This document shows positions 55,163-64,000 of a DNA stretch of 64,000 nt, piece by piece. The stretch comes from Armatimonadota bacterium (GTDB taxonomy: Bacteria; Armatimonadota; SYMT01): contig JAWLHY010000003.1 in assembly GCA_041690135.1 (NCBI GenBank), positions 320,001 to 384,000 of the forward strand, in the 5' to 3' direction. A program made the position numbers and the translations under genes. How positions within the stretch are numbered: the stretch's first letter is position 1; each line of letters opens with the position of its first letter. A model generated the notes under the pieces. It searched no databases. It was not told the DNA's origin and saw nothing but the letters and a program-made list of their open reading frames with translations.

Positions 55163-55323
55163 ATTTCCGGCGCCACACGGTCCTACTTTAGGTGTATTCC
55201 GAAAACCGAACGACCGTCGGATCAGGATCGCTGCGCGCCGGCCCAGAATGGGGGTAGTGCCGGGAAGCGCAACCGGCTAGCTTATTCCTCCCCTTACGGG
55301 CCTCTCCCGCGCGGGGTTAAATT

Positions 55324-55356
55324 GGACCGGACGTGAACCCGTTTCACGTCCGGTCC
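55324..55356. terminator. 14-bp perfect hairpin between convergent genes
   Basis: ggaccggacgtgaa-cccgt-ttcacgtccggtcc, without a strong U tract. Confidence 0.5.
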
Positions 55357-55413
55357 TGATGCTTTCTGGGCAGAACTTTGCGATCCGGTCTTTACTTAGC
55401 CCTGCCCTCCACG

Positions 55414-57432
55414 TCACTCTCCATCCCACAACCGGCGGCCGAGATCGTTTAGCCGCGGCACGTCCACTTCCAGCAAGTAGCGCTCGCGGACCAGTCTGCG
55501 CGTCGCGGCGTGGAACTGCTGGAGGTAGTTCTCCCGAGACGGGTAGCGCTCCTGGAGGGACGGGCGGGGATCCCCCGCTGCCTTCCGCTCCTCCGGCGTG
55601 CGGAGCAGAGGGATGTAGGCGCCGGTGAGGCTCAACAGTTCGTGCTCCGCGCCGATCTTCGGGTCGCGTAAGTTCCAGCCGGTGAGGGTGCCCAGCGGGA
55701 CCGCCACGGTGGGCAGTGAGAGCACGCCCTGTTCATTGTTGTCAGGCCCGTAGCGGGGGACGAGGACGGTGTAGCGTCCCTTGCGCACCGGAGGGAGCCG
55801 CGTGAGGCGCCGGTGGCTCCGGAACTCCGGGCCGTGGTCCAGGTACTCCGGGTTATGAATCACCTCCGGGTAGCGGACGCCGGGGAGCGCCTGCCAGCCG
55901 CTTTCGCCTTCTCGCCACCCGGCGAGGGTGCCGTCCGCAATCCGGGGATACCGGCTATCGGGAGGCAGGGTGCCGTCGGTGATCCACGCGTGGAGTGAAG
56001 TCAGCAATCCCCGCAGCAAGGGGCGGTAGTCGGTGGGGTTGCCGGGGAGCAGGCCGTTCCCTTTCGCTCCCGGGATCCCGCTCCCCGCACCATGCTGCGC
56101 TCCCCCGATGGCATAGATCCGCACCTCCGGCGGGATGACCGCGTCCCGCTTTCCGCGCGGATCGGTGTGGACCAGCGAGCCGGAGCGGTGCCAGTATTCG
56201 GCGGATGTCTGGGTGTGGAAGATCTTCGGGACCACCCCCGCGGCCCGGGCCCGGCGCAGCAGCCCATCCGTGCGCCCGGTGAAGGGGTCCTTCTCCTCGC
56301 CGTAGGTGAAGGGGAACACGTCGGCAGGATAAAGATGGTTATCATGCTGGGCGTTGTGACGGGTGGGAGAGGCGAAGCGGTGATTGAAGAATCCCATCCC
56401 CGCACCTGCGACGTGCGGTATCAAGCCGTCGAAAACGATACGACCCCGCTCGTCGGCATTGAAGCCGTCGTAGAGGAGCTGCCGGAGGGCTCTACCGCTC
56501 TGCGAAACGCCGAAGCCGATCGCCCGTTTCACCGCCGGGTCGCCACCCGCCAGGCTCACGGGATTTGCGCTCCCCCGCTCATATTTCAAAAACGCGATCA
56601 GGTCCCGGATACCGGCCAATCCCAGTCCCTGGACCAGCGGTCCCTCCGCCTCGTAGATCAGCTCGTAGAGGTAGCCGGGGCGGAACCCACCCGCGAGAAC
56701 CAGGTCCACCTGGGGAAGCGCGCTCTTCTCTCCGTTCACTTCGATCGGGCGTGCCTCCAACCGCCACTGGTTGCGCGGGATCGGCACGCGCGCGTCCGCT
56801 TCCCGGAGCCTCCAGGTGAGGGTAGCGGTCTCCACTCCCCGGGGAGTGGGGGCGTAGCTCCCGTGGCCGGCCCACTGGGCGATGTTCAGTCGTTCGGCGG
56901 GTGCGTCCGGAGCCATCTCCGCGCGCACCCGGCCGCGGATCGGCGCGCCATTCCGGAAGGCGACCGGAACCTCCAGCCGCAGCCGCCGGGGGTCCGGGAG
57001 CAGCTCGGCGATCCAACCGCTGCGCACGAGAATGTACCCGTTCCGCATCAGGAAACCGTCGGCGCCGCCGTTGAACATTCCCTCGGCCGTGCGGTTGCCG
57101 CGGTTGTTCACATCGTAGAGGGCGGTCCCGTTCGCCCGGGAGAGGTCCTTCGGCGCCAGAATCTCCAGGTCCGCCGAGAACTCGACCCTCCCCCGGCCGT
57201 TGCGCGGCGCCAGCTCCAGGTCGATCACCCGCCGGTTCGCCTCCAGCTTCGGATCGACCTCGAAATGGACCCGGCCTGCCAATCGCTGGTAGGACCCCAC
57301 GGTTCCGAAGGCACGCCCGTTCTCATAGGGCTCCCGCACGCGGAGGTCGATCCGCGTTACTTCCGCTTCCGCGGGCCCGCCCAGCGCCAGGACCGCGCCC
57401 AGCAGACCCGCCCCTACCAGCCTTTTCCGCAT
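55414..57432 (-). CDS. Secreted alpha/beta hydrolase domain protein
   Basis: Signal peptide; DVNNRGN, nucleophile elbow GVSQSG, EYW and HG motifs. Confidence 0.8.
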   Translation of the reverse strand: MRKRLVGAGLLGAVLALGGPAEAEVTRIDLRVREPYENGRAFGTVGSYQRLAGRVHFEVDPKLEANRRVIDLELAPRNGRGRVEFSADLEILAPKDLSRANGTALYDVNNRGNRTAEGMFNGGADGFLMRNGYILVRSGWIAELLPDPRRLRLEVPVAFRNGAPIRGRVRAEMAPDAPAERLNIAQWAGHGSYAPTPRGVETATLTWRLREADARVPIPRNQWRLEARPIEVNGEKSALPQVDLVLAGGFRPGYLYELIYEAEGPLVQGLGLAGIRDLIAFLKYERGSANPVSLAGGDPAVKRAIGFGVSQSGRALRQLLYDGFNADERGRIVFDGLIPHVAGAGMGFFNHRFASPTRHNAQHDNHLYPADVFPFTYGEEKDPFTGRTDGLLRRARAAGVVPKIFHTQTSAEYWHRSGSLVHTDPRGKRDAVIPPEVRIYAIGGAQHGAGSGIPGAKGNGLLPGNPTDYRPLLRGLLTSLHAWITDGTLPPDSRYPRIADGTLAGWREGESGWQALPGVRYPEVIHNPEYLDHGPEFRSHRRLTRLPPVRKGRYTVLVPRYGPDNNEQGVLSLPTVAVPLGTLTGWNLRDPKIGAEHELLSLTGAYIPLLRTPEERKAAGDPRPSLQERYPSRENYLQQFHAATRRLVRERYLLEVDVPRLNDLGRRLWDGE

Positions 57433-57645
57433 CCTGAAACTCCTCTCGGCTCACAGCCGACTTCCGTCCGACCGGATGTATTATCGCCCCCGCGCCGGAG
57501 TGAGCCCCGTCCAGTGTGCCGGGATACGGCATTCAGGAGTTGTGGAGGCCCAGCGGTGCGGCCATTTCGTCAAGTCCGTGCGACCATCCATCATAGGTTT
57601 CCGAGCTCTCCTGGCCGAACCTACACGTACCGGAGAGGTTTTTGA

Positions 57646-58218
57646 ATGCCCCGTGAAGAGAGCCAACCCACCGGATGGCGCCGGACGCGACCACGCCCAT
57701 GGGTGTTGGTCGGATGCACGGGCGCCTCGTTACTGCTGGTACTGGGAGTCAGTCAGACTGGCGATCTATGGCCTCTGCCAGCCAAGCAGCTGCCACCCGC
57801 GGCGGAGTGTGCCGCCCAGTTGAAACAACTCTCAACGGCACTACAGATGTACTGCCAGGACCATGATGAGCGGTTGCCTCCCGCAGACGCCTGGGCTGAT
57901 GGGTTGTTCCCGTACACCCGTAGGGCCGATCTCCTGGTCTGTCCCAGCCGACCCGGGTTGGCCTCCGGTTATGCATTCAGATCCCAGTTCGACCGGCACC
58001 CATTGAGCCGGATCCCAGCGCCCGAAGAGACGCCGCTGCTGTTCGAATCGGTCCTGGGAGTTCCCAACGCTTCCGGTGGACTGGAAACCTATACCACGCC
58101 GCACCGCGGAAAGGGCAACGTGGTCTTCGCCGATGGCCACGTGAAAAGCTATGCCGACGTCTCGGACTTCCGGACCGGTACTTCAACTCGCGGGTCCGTG
58201 GAGGGACGCGCGAGATAG
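57646..58218 (+). CDS. H-X9-DG (prepilin-processing-associated, DUF1559-like) protein
   Basis: C...LKQL..A..MY.QD.DE.LP, CPS, and HRGKGNVVFADGHVK. Confidence 0.75.
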   Translation: MPREESQPTGWRRTRPRPWVLVGCTGASLLLVLGVSQTGDLWPLPAKQLPPAAECAAQLKQLSTALQMYCQDHDERLPPADAWADGLFPYTRRADLLVCPSRPGLASGYAFRSQFDRHPLSRIPAPEETPLLFESVLGVPNASGGLETYTTPHRGKGNVVFADGHVKSYADVSDFRTGTSTRGSVEGRAR

Positions 58219-58249
58219 GTTCCAGGTTGAGGAGACTACGCCGGGCATC

Positions 58250-58310
58250 GTGGCGGGCGAGACGCCCCCGCTCCGATTCCCAACCTTCAACCTTCAACCT
58301 GCCAACTTTT
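58250..58310 (-). repeat. Family A REP palindrome (inverted) followed by CCTTCAA heptamer repeats
   Basis: gtggcgggcgagacgcccccgctcc, then ccttcaa ccttcaa cctgcca. Confidence 0.6.
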
Positions 58311-58453
58311 AGCCCCCGAGGGGGGCCAGATCCCACTCCCGCCAACCCCAGCAAAACTTTTTGAAAAAATAGCTGCAAGAAACCCGGGGGCTCCGCAGTC
58401 AATAAAGACAGCAGGGCAATGAACGAGCCCTGCCGGACGACTGAAGCCCCCCC

Positions 58454-59059
58454 ATGTTAAACGACGACGCCCTGGTTTCCGAATGCTTACAAGGGGATGA
58501 GGATGCCTTCCGCCTCCTGGTGGAGCGCCACCGGTCACGGCTTTATGCCCTGGCCACCGGCATTCTTCAGGATAGCGATATGGCCAGCGACGCCGTGCAG
58601 GATGCCTTCTTGAAGGCGTACGGCGCCCTCTCCGAATACCGGGGGCGAGGGTTGTTCGGCGCCTGGATTCGGAAGATCCTGGTCAACCAGTGCCTCTCGC
58701 TCCTGCGACAGCGGCACAGCTATCTTTCGCTCGAGGATCTGGACGGCGAAATGGTCTCGCCGGAGCGGACCCCCGAGGAGTGCGCGGTCGCCGAGAGCGA
58801 GGCGGACGTCATCCGCCGCGCGATGGGCCGGTTGCCGGCGCATTACCGCGCCGCGTTGGTGCTGCGTGTCGTCGAAGGCCTCAGCTACCGGGAGATCGCT
58901 CAGCTCCTGGGCGTGCCCGAGAGCACGGTCGAGACCTGGATCCACCGGGGCCGCCAGCGGATGCGCGCCATCCTCCGCCCCCAGGTTTCCGCTCCGGCGA
59001 CGGAGAGTGAGCGCCCCTGTACCCGGCCGATTCCGGCCCCGCTCTTTCATGGGAAGTAG
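58454..59059 (+). CDS. ECF sigma factor (SigW/RpoE-like)
   Basis: DAVQDAFLKAY, FGAWIRKILVN and EGLSYREIAQLLGVPESTVETWIHRGR. Confidence 0.92.
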   Translation: MLNDDALVSECLQGDEDAFRLLVERHRSRLYALATGILQDSDMASDAVQDAFLKAYGALSEYRGRGLFGAWIRKILVNQCLSLLRQRHSYLSLEDLDGEMVSPERTPEECAVAESEADVIRRAMGRLPAHYRAALVLRVVEGLSYREIAQLLGVPESTVETWIHRGRQRMRAILRPQVSAPATESERPCTRPIPAPLFHGK

Positions 59060-59064
59060 GACCG

Positions 59065-59676
59065 ATGACCTGCTGTGAGTACGAAAACCGTCTCTCCGCC
59101 TTCCTGGATGGCGAGTTGCCCCGCTGGACCCGGTGGAAAGTGCAGAACCACCTCCGCGGGTGCCGCCAGTGCCAGATGTCGCTGCAAGAGTTGACCGCCA
59201 TCAACGGCAGTCTCCTGGCGATGTGCGAGGCGGACCCGGCGCCGGAGTACCTGACAGGCGCGATTATGCACCGCCTTCCCGCCATGCCGCCCGCCCGCCC
59301 GCGGCGCCATGGGGTGATGCCCTGGGCCGCCGGGTTGGCAGTGGCCGGCATGCAGGCCCTGGCCCTGTTCGGGGCTTATTGGTGGGGCTTTATGCGAGGG
59401 ACCACCAACCCCGTTCCGAGCTTTGGATCGGCTACGGTAGTATCGCCCGGCGGACTGGGACGGACGACCGGGGCATCTCCGGCGGGAGAATCTGCCTCCG
59501 GCAGCCCGCTTGAACCCGTCAACCACCGGGGCCCGATCTGGAGCACCACCGGACGCTATGGCCCGATGGATACCACTCGCCTCCAGGAACTGGAGAGCAA
59601 CGGGCAGCGACACACTCCAGGGATGCCGGCGAACGCTCCGCGTATGAACGTGGTAGTTCCGGCGCCCGCACGGTAA
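59065..59676 (+). CDS. Zinc-binding (zf-HC2/ZAS) anti-sigma factor
   Basis: LSAFLDGEL..HLRGCRQC followed by one TM helix; directly downstream of the ECF gene. Confidence 0.88.
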   Translation: MTCCEYENRLSAFLDGELPRWTRWKVQNHLRGCRQCQMSLQELTAINGSLLAMCEADPAPEYLTGAIMHRLPAMPPARPRRHGVMPWAAGLAVAGMQALALFGAYWWGFMRGTTNPVPSFGSATVVSPGGLGRTTGASPAGESASGSPLEPVNHRGPIWSTTGRYGPMDTTRLQELESNGQRHTPGMPANAPRMNVVVPAPAR

Positions 59677-59931
59677 GCCCTGCCGTCGCGAACGGCGCCG
59701 GCCGACGACCGGGCGCCGAAATCCTACTCTCGAACCGGACCGACGCCCCGGCTGCACCGGTTTAAAGTTGGATTTCATTCAAGTTTTCGACCAACGCCTA
59801 GAAGTCAGTTTTTAAAGCAAATAAATGCCCCCATCTCTGGGGCAGCTATCAATCAACCGGCTCGACGCAGAACGCAGCGCTCCGGAAACCAAGCACAGAG
59901 CCGGTGGTAGACCGGCGGAGGGGAAGCAACG

Positions 59932-60561
59932 ATGAGTATTGCCGCGATTTCGATGAACACCTATGCGGGCCACCCCGGGCTTCCTTCGTCGGGTACGGGC
60001 CTCGGTAGCGTGAGCCTCTCACCGGCGGAAGCGGAAACCCAGTTGGGCGCCTACCGGGGTGGCATCTACGCGTATCTGCGTCGCCGCGGCTTCAGCGCCG
60101 AGGAAGCCGATGATCTGACCCAGGAGACCCTGATCCGCGCTTACACCCATCTACCGGGTTTCCGCGGCACCTCCCTGGGGGCCTGGCTCTACCGCATCGC
60201 CGCGAACGTGTCGGTCGACTACCTGCGCAAGCAGCGCCTCGTCACCCTTTCTCTGGATGCGCCGGTCGACGGCGCCGCCGGGCCGGGTGTCGCCTCCATC
60301 CCCGCGGAAGAGGAGCCGCTGGACCTGCGCCTCTGCCGGGATGAAGACCGCCACCACATGCAGTCGGTGATCGGTCTCCTACCGGAGTGCCACCAGCGCG
60401 TGTTGCGGTTGCGCTATTACGAGGACTGCTCGCTGGCGGAGATCTCCGTGGCGCTCAACTGCTCGCCGATGGCCGCCAAGCTGCGTGTCTTCCGGGCGGT
60501 GTCCGCTTTGCGGAAGCGCTGGCGGTCGCTGGAGTCCCTCGGGACGATGGAGGCGGCCTGA
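59932..60561 (+). CDS. ECF sigma factor
   Basis: ADDLTQETLIRAY, AWLYRIAANVSVDYLRK and LRYYEDCSLAEIS. GGAGG SD. Confidence 0.88.
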   Translation: MSIAAISMNTYAGHPGLPSSGTGLGSVSLSPAEAETQLGAYRGGIYAYLRRRGFSAEEADDLTQETLIRAYTHLPGFRGTSLGAWLYRIAANVSVDYLRKQRLVTLSLDAPVDGAAGPGVASIPAEEEPLDLRLCRDEDRHHMQSVIGLLPECHQRVLRLRYYEDCSLAEISVALNCSPMAAKLRVFRAVSALRKRWRSLESLGTMEAA

Positions 60562-60638
60562 TTTAAGGCTCGGTTCCTTGAGCGGAGTACGACGGCTGTA
60601 ATACAATAACGGCATTCCCCACTGGAAGGAGTGGCGCC

Positions 60639-62999
60639 GTGGCCGTGACCGAGAGGACCCCCGCACCCATCGTTGATCTGGACGACCCCTCGCTCTACAT
60701 CAACCGCGAGCTGAGCTGGCTCGAGTTCAACCATCGGGTCCTGGAAGAGGCATTGGATACGGAGGCGCCTCTCCTCGAGCGGCTCAAGTTCCTCACGATC
60801 GTCAGCTCCAACCTGGACGAGTTCTTCATGGTCCGCGTGGCGGGCCTGCGGCGACAGGTGAAGTCGCAAACGATCCAGCGGGGACCGGACGGCATGACGG
60901 CGGAAGAACAACTCCGCCAGATCGCCGACCGGTCGCATGCAATGGTCAAGGCGCAGTACAAGTGCCTGCGCGACTCCGTCTTGCCGGGCCTGGCAAAACA
61001 TGGCATCCGCCTGAAGCGTGTCGACGAACTTTCGGCGGAACAGGCACGCTGGGTCAAGGAATACTTCCACCGCCAGGTTTTTCCGGTCCTCACGCCCCTC
61101 GCACTCGACCCCAGTCACCCCTTCCCACACCTTAGCAATCGTTCCCTGAACCTGGTGGTCACGCTGGCCAAACCGGGGGCGACCCGCCGAGGCCGCTCGC
61201 GGAAGGCCCCGGATTACCTCGCCGTGGTGCAGGTGCCCTCCGGCATTCCGCGCCTGGTACAGGTACCGGGGGCCGGGTTCCAGTTCGTGCTGCTGGAAGA
61301 CGTGATCCGCTCCGAAATGGGAGAGCTGTTCCAGGGGCTCACCGTTACCGGTTGTTTCTCCTTCCGGATCACCCGTGATAGCGACCTGAACTTCGACGAG
61401 GATGAAGTCGAGGACTTGCTGGAGCGGATCGAGCAGGAGGTCCGGCGGCGGGAATGGGGCAACTCCGTCCGCCTGGAAGTGGGGCGGGACTGTACTCCGG
61501 CTGCCCTGGAAGAGTTGCTGACCTCTCTCCAGATCACGGAGGACGATGTTTACAGCATCGACGGGCCATTGAACCTCACCGATTTCATGGCGCTGCTCCG
61601 CCTGCCGGATTTTGGACATCTGAAGGATGCGCCGTTCGTGGCGCCGATCATCAAGCCGCTCCACGGCCGCAAGGACCTGTTCGCCGTGCTGCGCGAGCAG
61701 GACATCCTGCTCCACCACCCCTACGAATCCTTCGAGACGGTCGTCGATTTCGTCGAGCAGGCGGCGGACGACCCAAACGTCCTGGCGATCAAGCAGACGC
61801 TGTATCGCACCAGCGGCGATTCGCCCATCGTCGCGGCCCTCGCGCGCGCGGCTCAGAACGGGAAGCAGGTGACCGCGCTGGTGGAGCTGAAGGCGCGCTT
61901 TGACGAGGCGAACAACATCAACTGGGCCCGTTCACTGGAGCGGGCGGGCGTTCACGTCGTCTACGGTCTGGTGGGCCTCAAAACGCACTGTAAAGTGTTA
62001 CTGGTGGTGCGCCGCGAGCCGGGGGAGGACCGGCTCAAGCGGTACGTGCACCTCGGCACGGGGAACTACAACCCCAGCACGGCCAAGCTGTATACCGACC
62101 TGGGGCTCCTCACCTCCAACCTGCGTTTCGGGCAGGACGTTTCGCGCCTGTTCAACGTGCTCACCGGCTACTCGGAGTTCCCCCAGTGGCGGAAGCTGGC
62201 GGTGGCGCCCCTGGGCATGCGGGAGCGGCTGCTGGCCCTGATCGAGCGGGAAGCGGCGCTCGCACGGAAGGGCCAGAAGGCCCGGATCTCCGGACAAATC
62301 AACAGCCTGGTCGATCCGGAGGTGATCCGGGCTCTCTACCGGGCCTCGCAGGCGGGCGTACAGATCGACCTGGTGGTGCGCGGCGTCTGCTGTCTCCGGG
62401 CCAAGGTGCCGGGGGTCAGCGAGAACATCCGGGTAATCAGCATCGTGGGTCGTTTCCTGGAGCACCCCCGCGTCTTCTACTTCTGGAACGGCGGTGATGA
62501 GGAAGTCTATCTCTCCAGCGGCGACTGGATGCCGCGGAACCTCTCGCGGCGCGTGGAGACGATGTTCCCAGTAGAGGACCCGACTTTGAAGCGCCGCCTG
62601 GTGGACAACATCATGGAGGTGCGCCTGAGGGACAACGTGAAAGCCCGCGAGCTCCAGCCGGATGGGCGTTACACCCGCGTGCGGCCGCGCCGGGGCCAGC
62701 CGCGCATCGACTCCCAGGCCCTCTTCATGGCCCGCGCGCTGGAGGAGCATGCGCCGGAGCCACAGCGCCCGTTCAGCGCCGACCTGCTCCTCCATGATCT
62801 TCCTTCCAAGGATGCCGGCAACGGGCGCGAGCGGTCCCTGGCGTTGACGCAGATGTTCCCCCTGCGCACGGAACCACCGCTCCTTTCCGCGGAGACCAGC
62901 CCGGAGCCGCCCGACCCGTCCAGCCCCGAAGAGGAGCTGAACGGGAAGTATCGTGAGCACCCGGAGGCGGATGAGCTGTCGGATGCGAGTGGCTTATAA
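60639..62999 (+). CDS. ppk1: Polyphosphate kinase 1
   Basis: NRELSWLEFN.RVL, SNLDEFFMVRVAG, HPFP, HHPYESF, TLYRTS, ELKARFDE, HLGTGNYN and GRFLEH. Confidence 0.97.
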   Translation: MAVTERTPAPIVDLDDPSLYINRELSWLEFNHRVLEEALDTEAPLLERLKFLTIVSSNLDEFFMVRVAGLRRQVKSQTIQRGPDGMTAEEQLRQIADRSHAMVKAQYKCLRDSVLPGLAKHGIRLKRVDELSAEQARWVKEYFHRQVFPVLTPLALDPSHPFPHLSNRSLNLVVTLAKPGATRRGRSRKAPDYLAVVQVPSGIPRLVQVPGAGFQFVLLEDVIRSEMGELFQGLTVTGCFSFRITRDSDLNFDEDEVEDLLERIEQEVRRREWGNSVRLEVGRDCTPAALEELLTSLQITEDDVYSIDGPLNLTDFMALLRLPDFGHLKDAPFVAPIIKPLHGRKDLFAVLREQDILLHHPYESFETVVDFVEQAADDPNVLAIKQTLYRTSGDSPIVAALARAAQNGKQVTALVELKARFDEANNINWARSLERAGVHVVYGLVGLKTHCKVLLVVRREPGEDRLKRYVHLGTGNYNPSTAKLYTDLGLLTSNLRFGQDVSRLFNVLTGYSEFPQWRKLAVAPLGMRERLLALIEREAALARKGQKARISGQINSLVDPEVIRALYRASQAGVQIDLVVRGVCCLRAKVPGVSENIRVISIVGRFLEHPRVFYFWNGGDEEVYLSSGDWMPRNLSRRVETMFPVEDPTLKRRLVDNIMEVRLRDNVKARELQPDGRYTRVRPRRGQPRIDSQALFMARALEEHAPEPQRPFSADLLLHDLPSKDAGNGRERSLALTQMFPLRTEPPLLSAETSPEPPDPSSPEEELNGKYREHPEADELSDASGL

Positions 63000-63665
63000 C
63001 TTGAAGAACCGCTCGTTCAGTCCGACGTTCTCCTCGTAATCCCGGAAGCGGACGTGTTCAACCCGCCGACTGCCCTCGAAGATCTCTTGCTCCATCAGCA
63101 GGTCGCGGGATGGATCAATGGTCCAGATCTCCCGGATCGCCTCGTCGCGGTCGGCAGGACGGTAGACGAAGTCGATCTGCATCTGTCCCGGCGCTTGCGG
63201 CGCGGGCTGCACCCGGCACTTCTGGGCGGCGGCCAGGCGCTGCTTGAGCTCCCGGCACTGCGCCGTGAAGGTGGATTGCCAGGCGTAGTTTCCACGGGGT
63301 GTGAGGAAGCGCGAATCGGTCTTCGAAAACTCCTTGACCACCAGCTTCTTGAGCAGGCCCCCCGGCCGGGCCCGGATCTTTCCGGAAGGAGTAACGGCGA
63401 ACTCGCTTCCTTCGTGACTCCCCTTCAGTACCTTCAGGCGGAAAAGCTCCGGCTTGCGATACCAGATGCGGTAGGTGCCGTGGGCCGACTTCTTCTCGCC
63501 ACGGACTTCCGATTCCATCACACACTGGTAGTCCTGGACGCCGCGGAAATGCTCTTCCAATCCGGCGACCAGCGTCCCGGCCGTGGGCATTTCGCCGGGC
63601 ACGGCGGCAGTGGTCAGGCCGGCACTAAGCAGTAGGCCGGCGGAGACGAGCGTGGCTGTTCGCAT
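62994..63665 (-). CDS. LolA-like/outer-membrane lipoprotein carrier-fold exported protein
   Basis: Signal peptide; I/V.DY......WY.KP..FR, W.IDP and Y..NVGL....F. GGAGG SD. Confidence 0.6.
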   Translation of the reverse strand: MRTATLVSAGLLLSAGLTTAAVPGEMPTAGTLVAGLEEHFRGVQDYQCVMESEVRGEKKSAHGTYRIWYRKPELFRLKVLKGSHEGSEFAVTPSGKIRARPGGLLKKLVVKEFSKTDSRFLTPRGNYAWQSTFTAQCRELKQRLAAAQKCRVQPAPQAPGQMQIDFVYRPADRDEAIREIWTIDPSRDLLMEQEIFEGSRRVEHVRFRDYEENVGLNERFFKL

Positions 63666-63749
63666 GGCAGGTTCCTCCGGTGAGGGCGCTTCTGCCCCTC
63701 GCCCTTGGTTCCCAGGAACCCGCCACGGCAAACGGTCCGCCAAGCAATC

Positions 63750-64000
63750 CTAGGTACCGTTCCGTAGCAACTGCTGTTTGAATCTGGCCACCAACGCGGC
63801 GTGCTTGGGGTCCGTGGCCAGGTTTCGCTGTTCTTCGGGATCCTTGTCCATATCGTAGAGTTGCACGCCGCGTTCGCCGTTGCCCCATTCGGTGTAGCGC
63901 CAGCGCTCCGTGCGGAGGCTGCGCCCCATGACCCGGCCGGTGCGGTTCGATCCGCGACCGCCGGGCCGGCTCACCTGGGTGAAGGCCGGTCGGTCCCACT
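63750..64000 (-). CDS. Sulfatase C-terminal fragment (gene starts beyond the window)
   Basis: AFTQV..MGRSLRTERWRYTEW....LYD...DP.E..NLA. Confidence 0.8.
   Translation of the reverse strand, partial: WDRPAFTQVSRPGGRGSNRTGRVMGRSLRTERWRYTEWGNGERGVQLYDMDKDPEEQRNLATDPKHAALVARFKQQLLRNGT

Noticed and set aside
58373-58404. Possible ECF-type promoters (AAAC...GTC here; GGAAC...GTC near 2218; TCAC...CGTC near 6935)
   Set aside because: The motifs are too short and the spacing too variable to support without group-specific models.

Overview
GC-rich bacterial chromosomal window with about 50 protein-coding genes. I found no rRNA, tRNA, CRISPR array, transposase or reverse transcriptase. The gene content (PEP-CTERM, H-X9-DG, DUF1501 and DUF1549/DUF1553 proteins, a secretin, several ECF sigma factors) suggests an Armatimonadota- or PVC-like diderm; this is inference. 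Housekeeping genes include miaA, pilT, mnmE, recF, apt, mtnA, mtnP, rfbA, rfbD and ppk1. The most notable locus is at 23946-31154. An EAD1-NACHT-pentapeptide-14xWD40 protein (bacterial NLR/STAND-like) is transcribed head-to-head, across 76 bp carrying overlapping -10 boxes, with an EAD1-fused PtuA-like ABC ATPase and a translationally coupled PtuB-like HNH nuclease. The two N-terminal EAD1 domains resemble each other (WALEEDR/WALDEDR, NPGH/NPLH). This suggests a candidate immune system in which an NLR sensor is wired to a Septu-like nuclease effector through EAD1-EAD1 pairing. Other points of interest: palindromic heptamer repeats inserted in frame inside a DUF1549/DUF1553 gene, several REP-like palindrome families, a DUF3494 (ice-binding-like) Ig-repeat adhesin, an STN plus zinc-ribbon protein in an ECF operon, an orphan truncated CcrM-like methyltransferase, and a perfect 17-bp hairpin that buries a Shine-Dalgarno sequence. 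All domain names come from motif recognition by eye, not from database searches.
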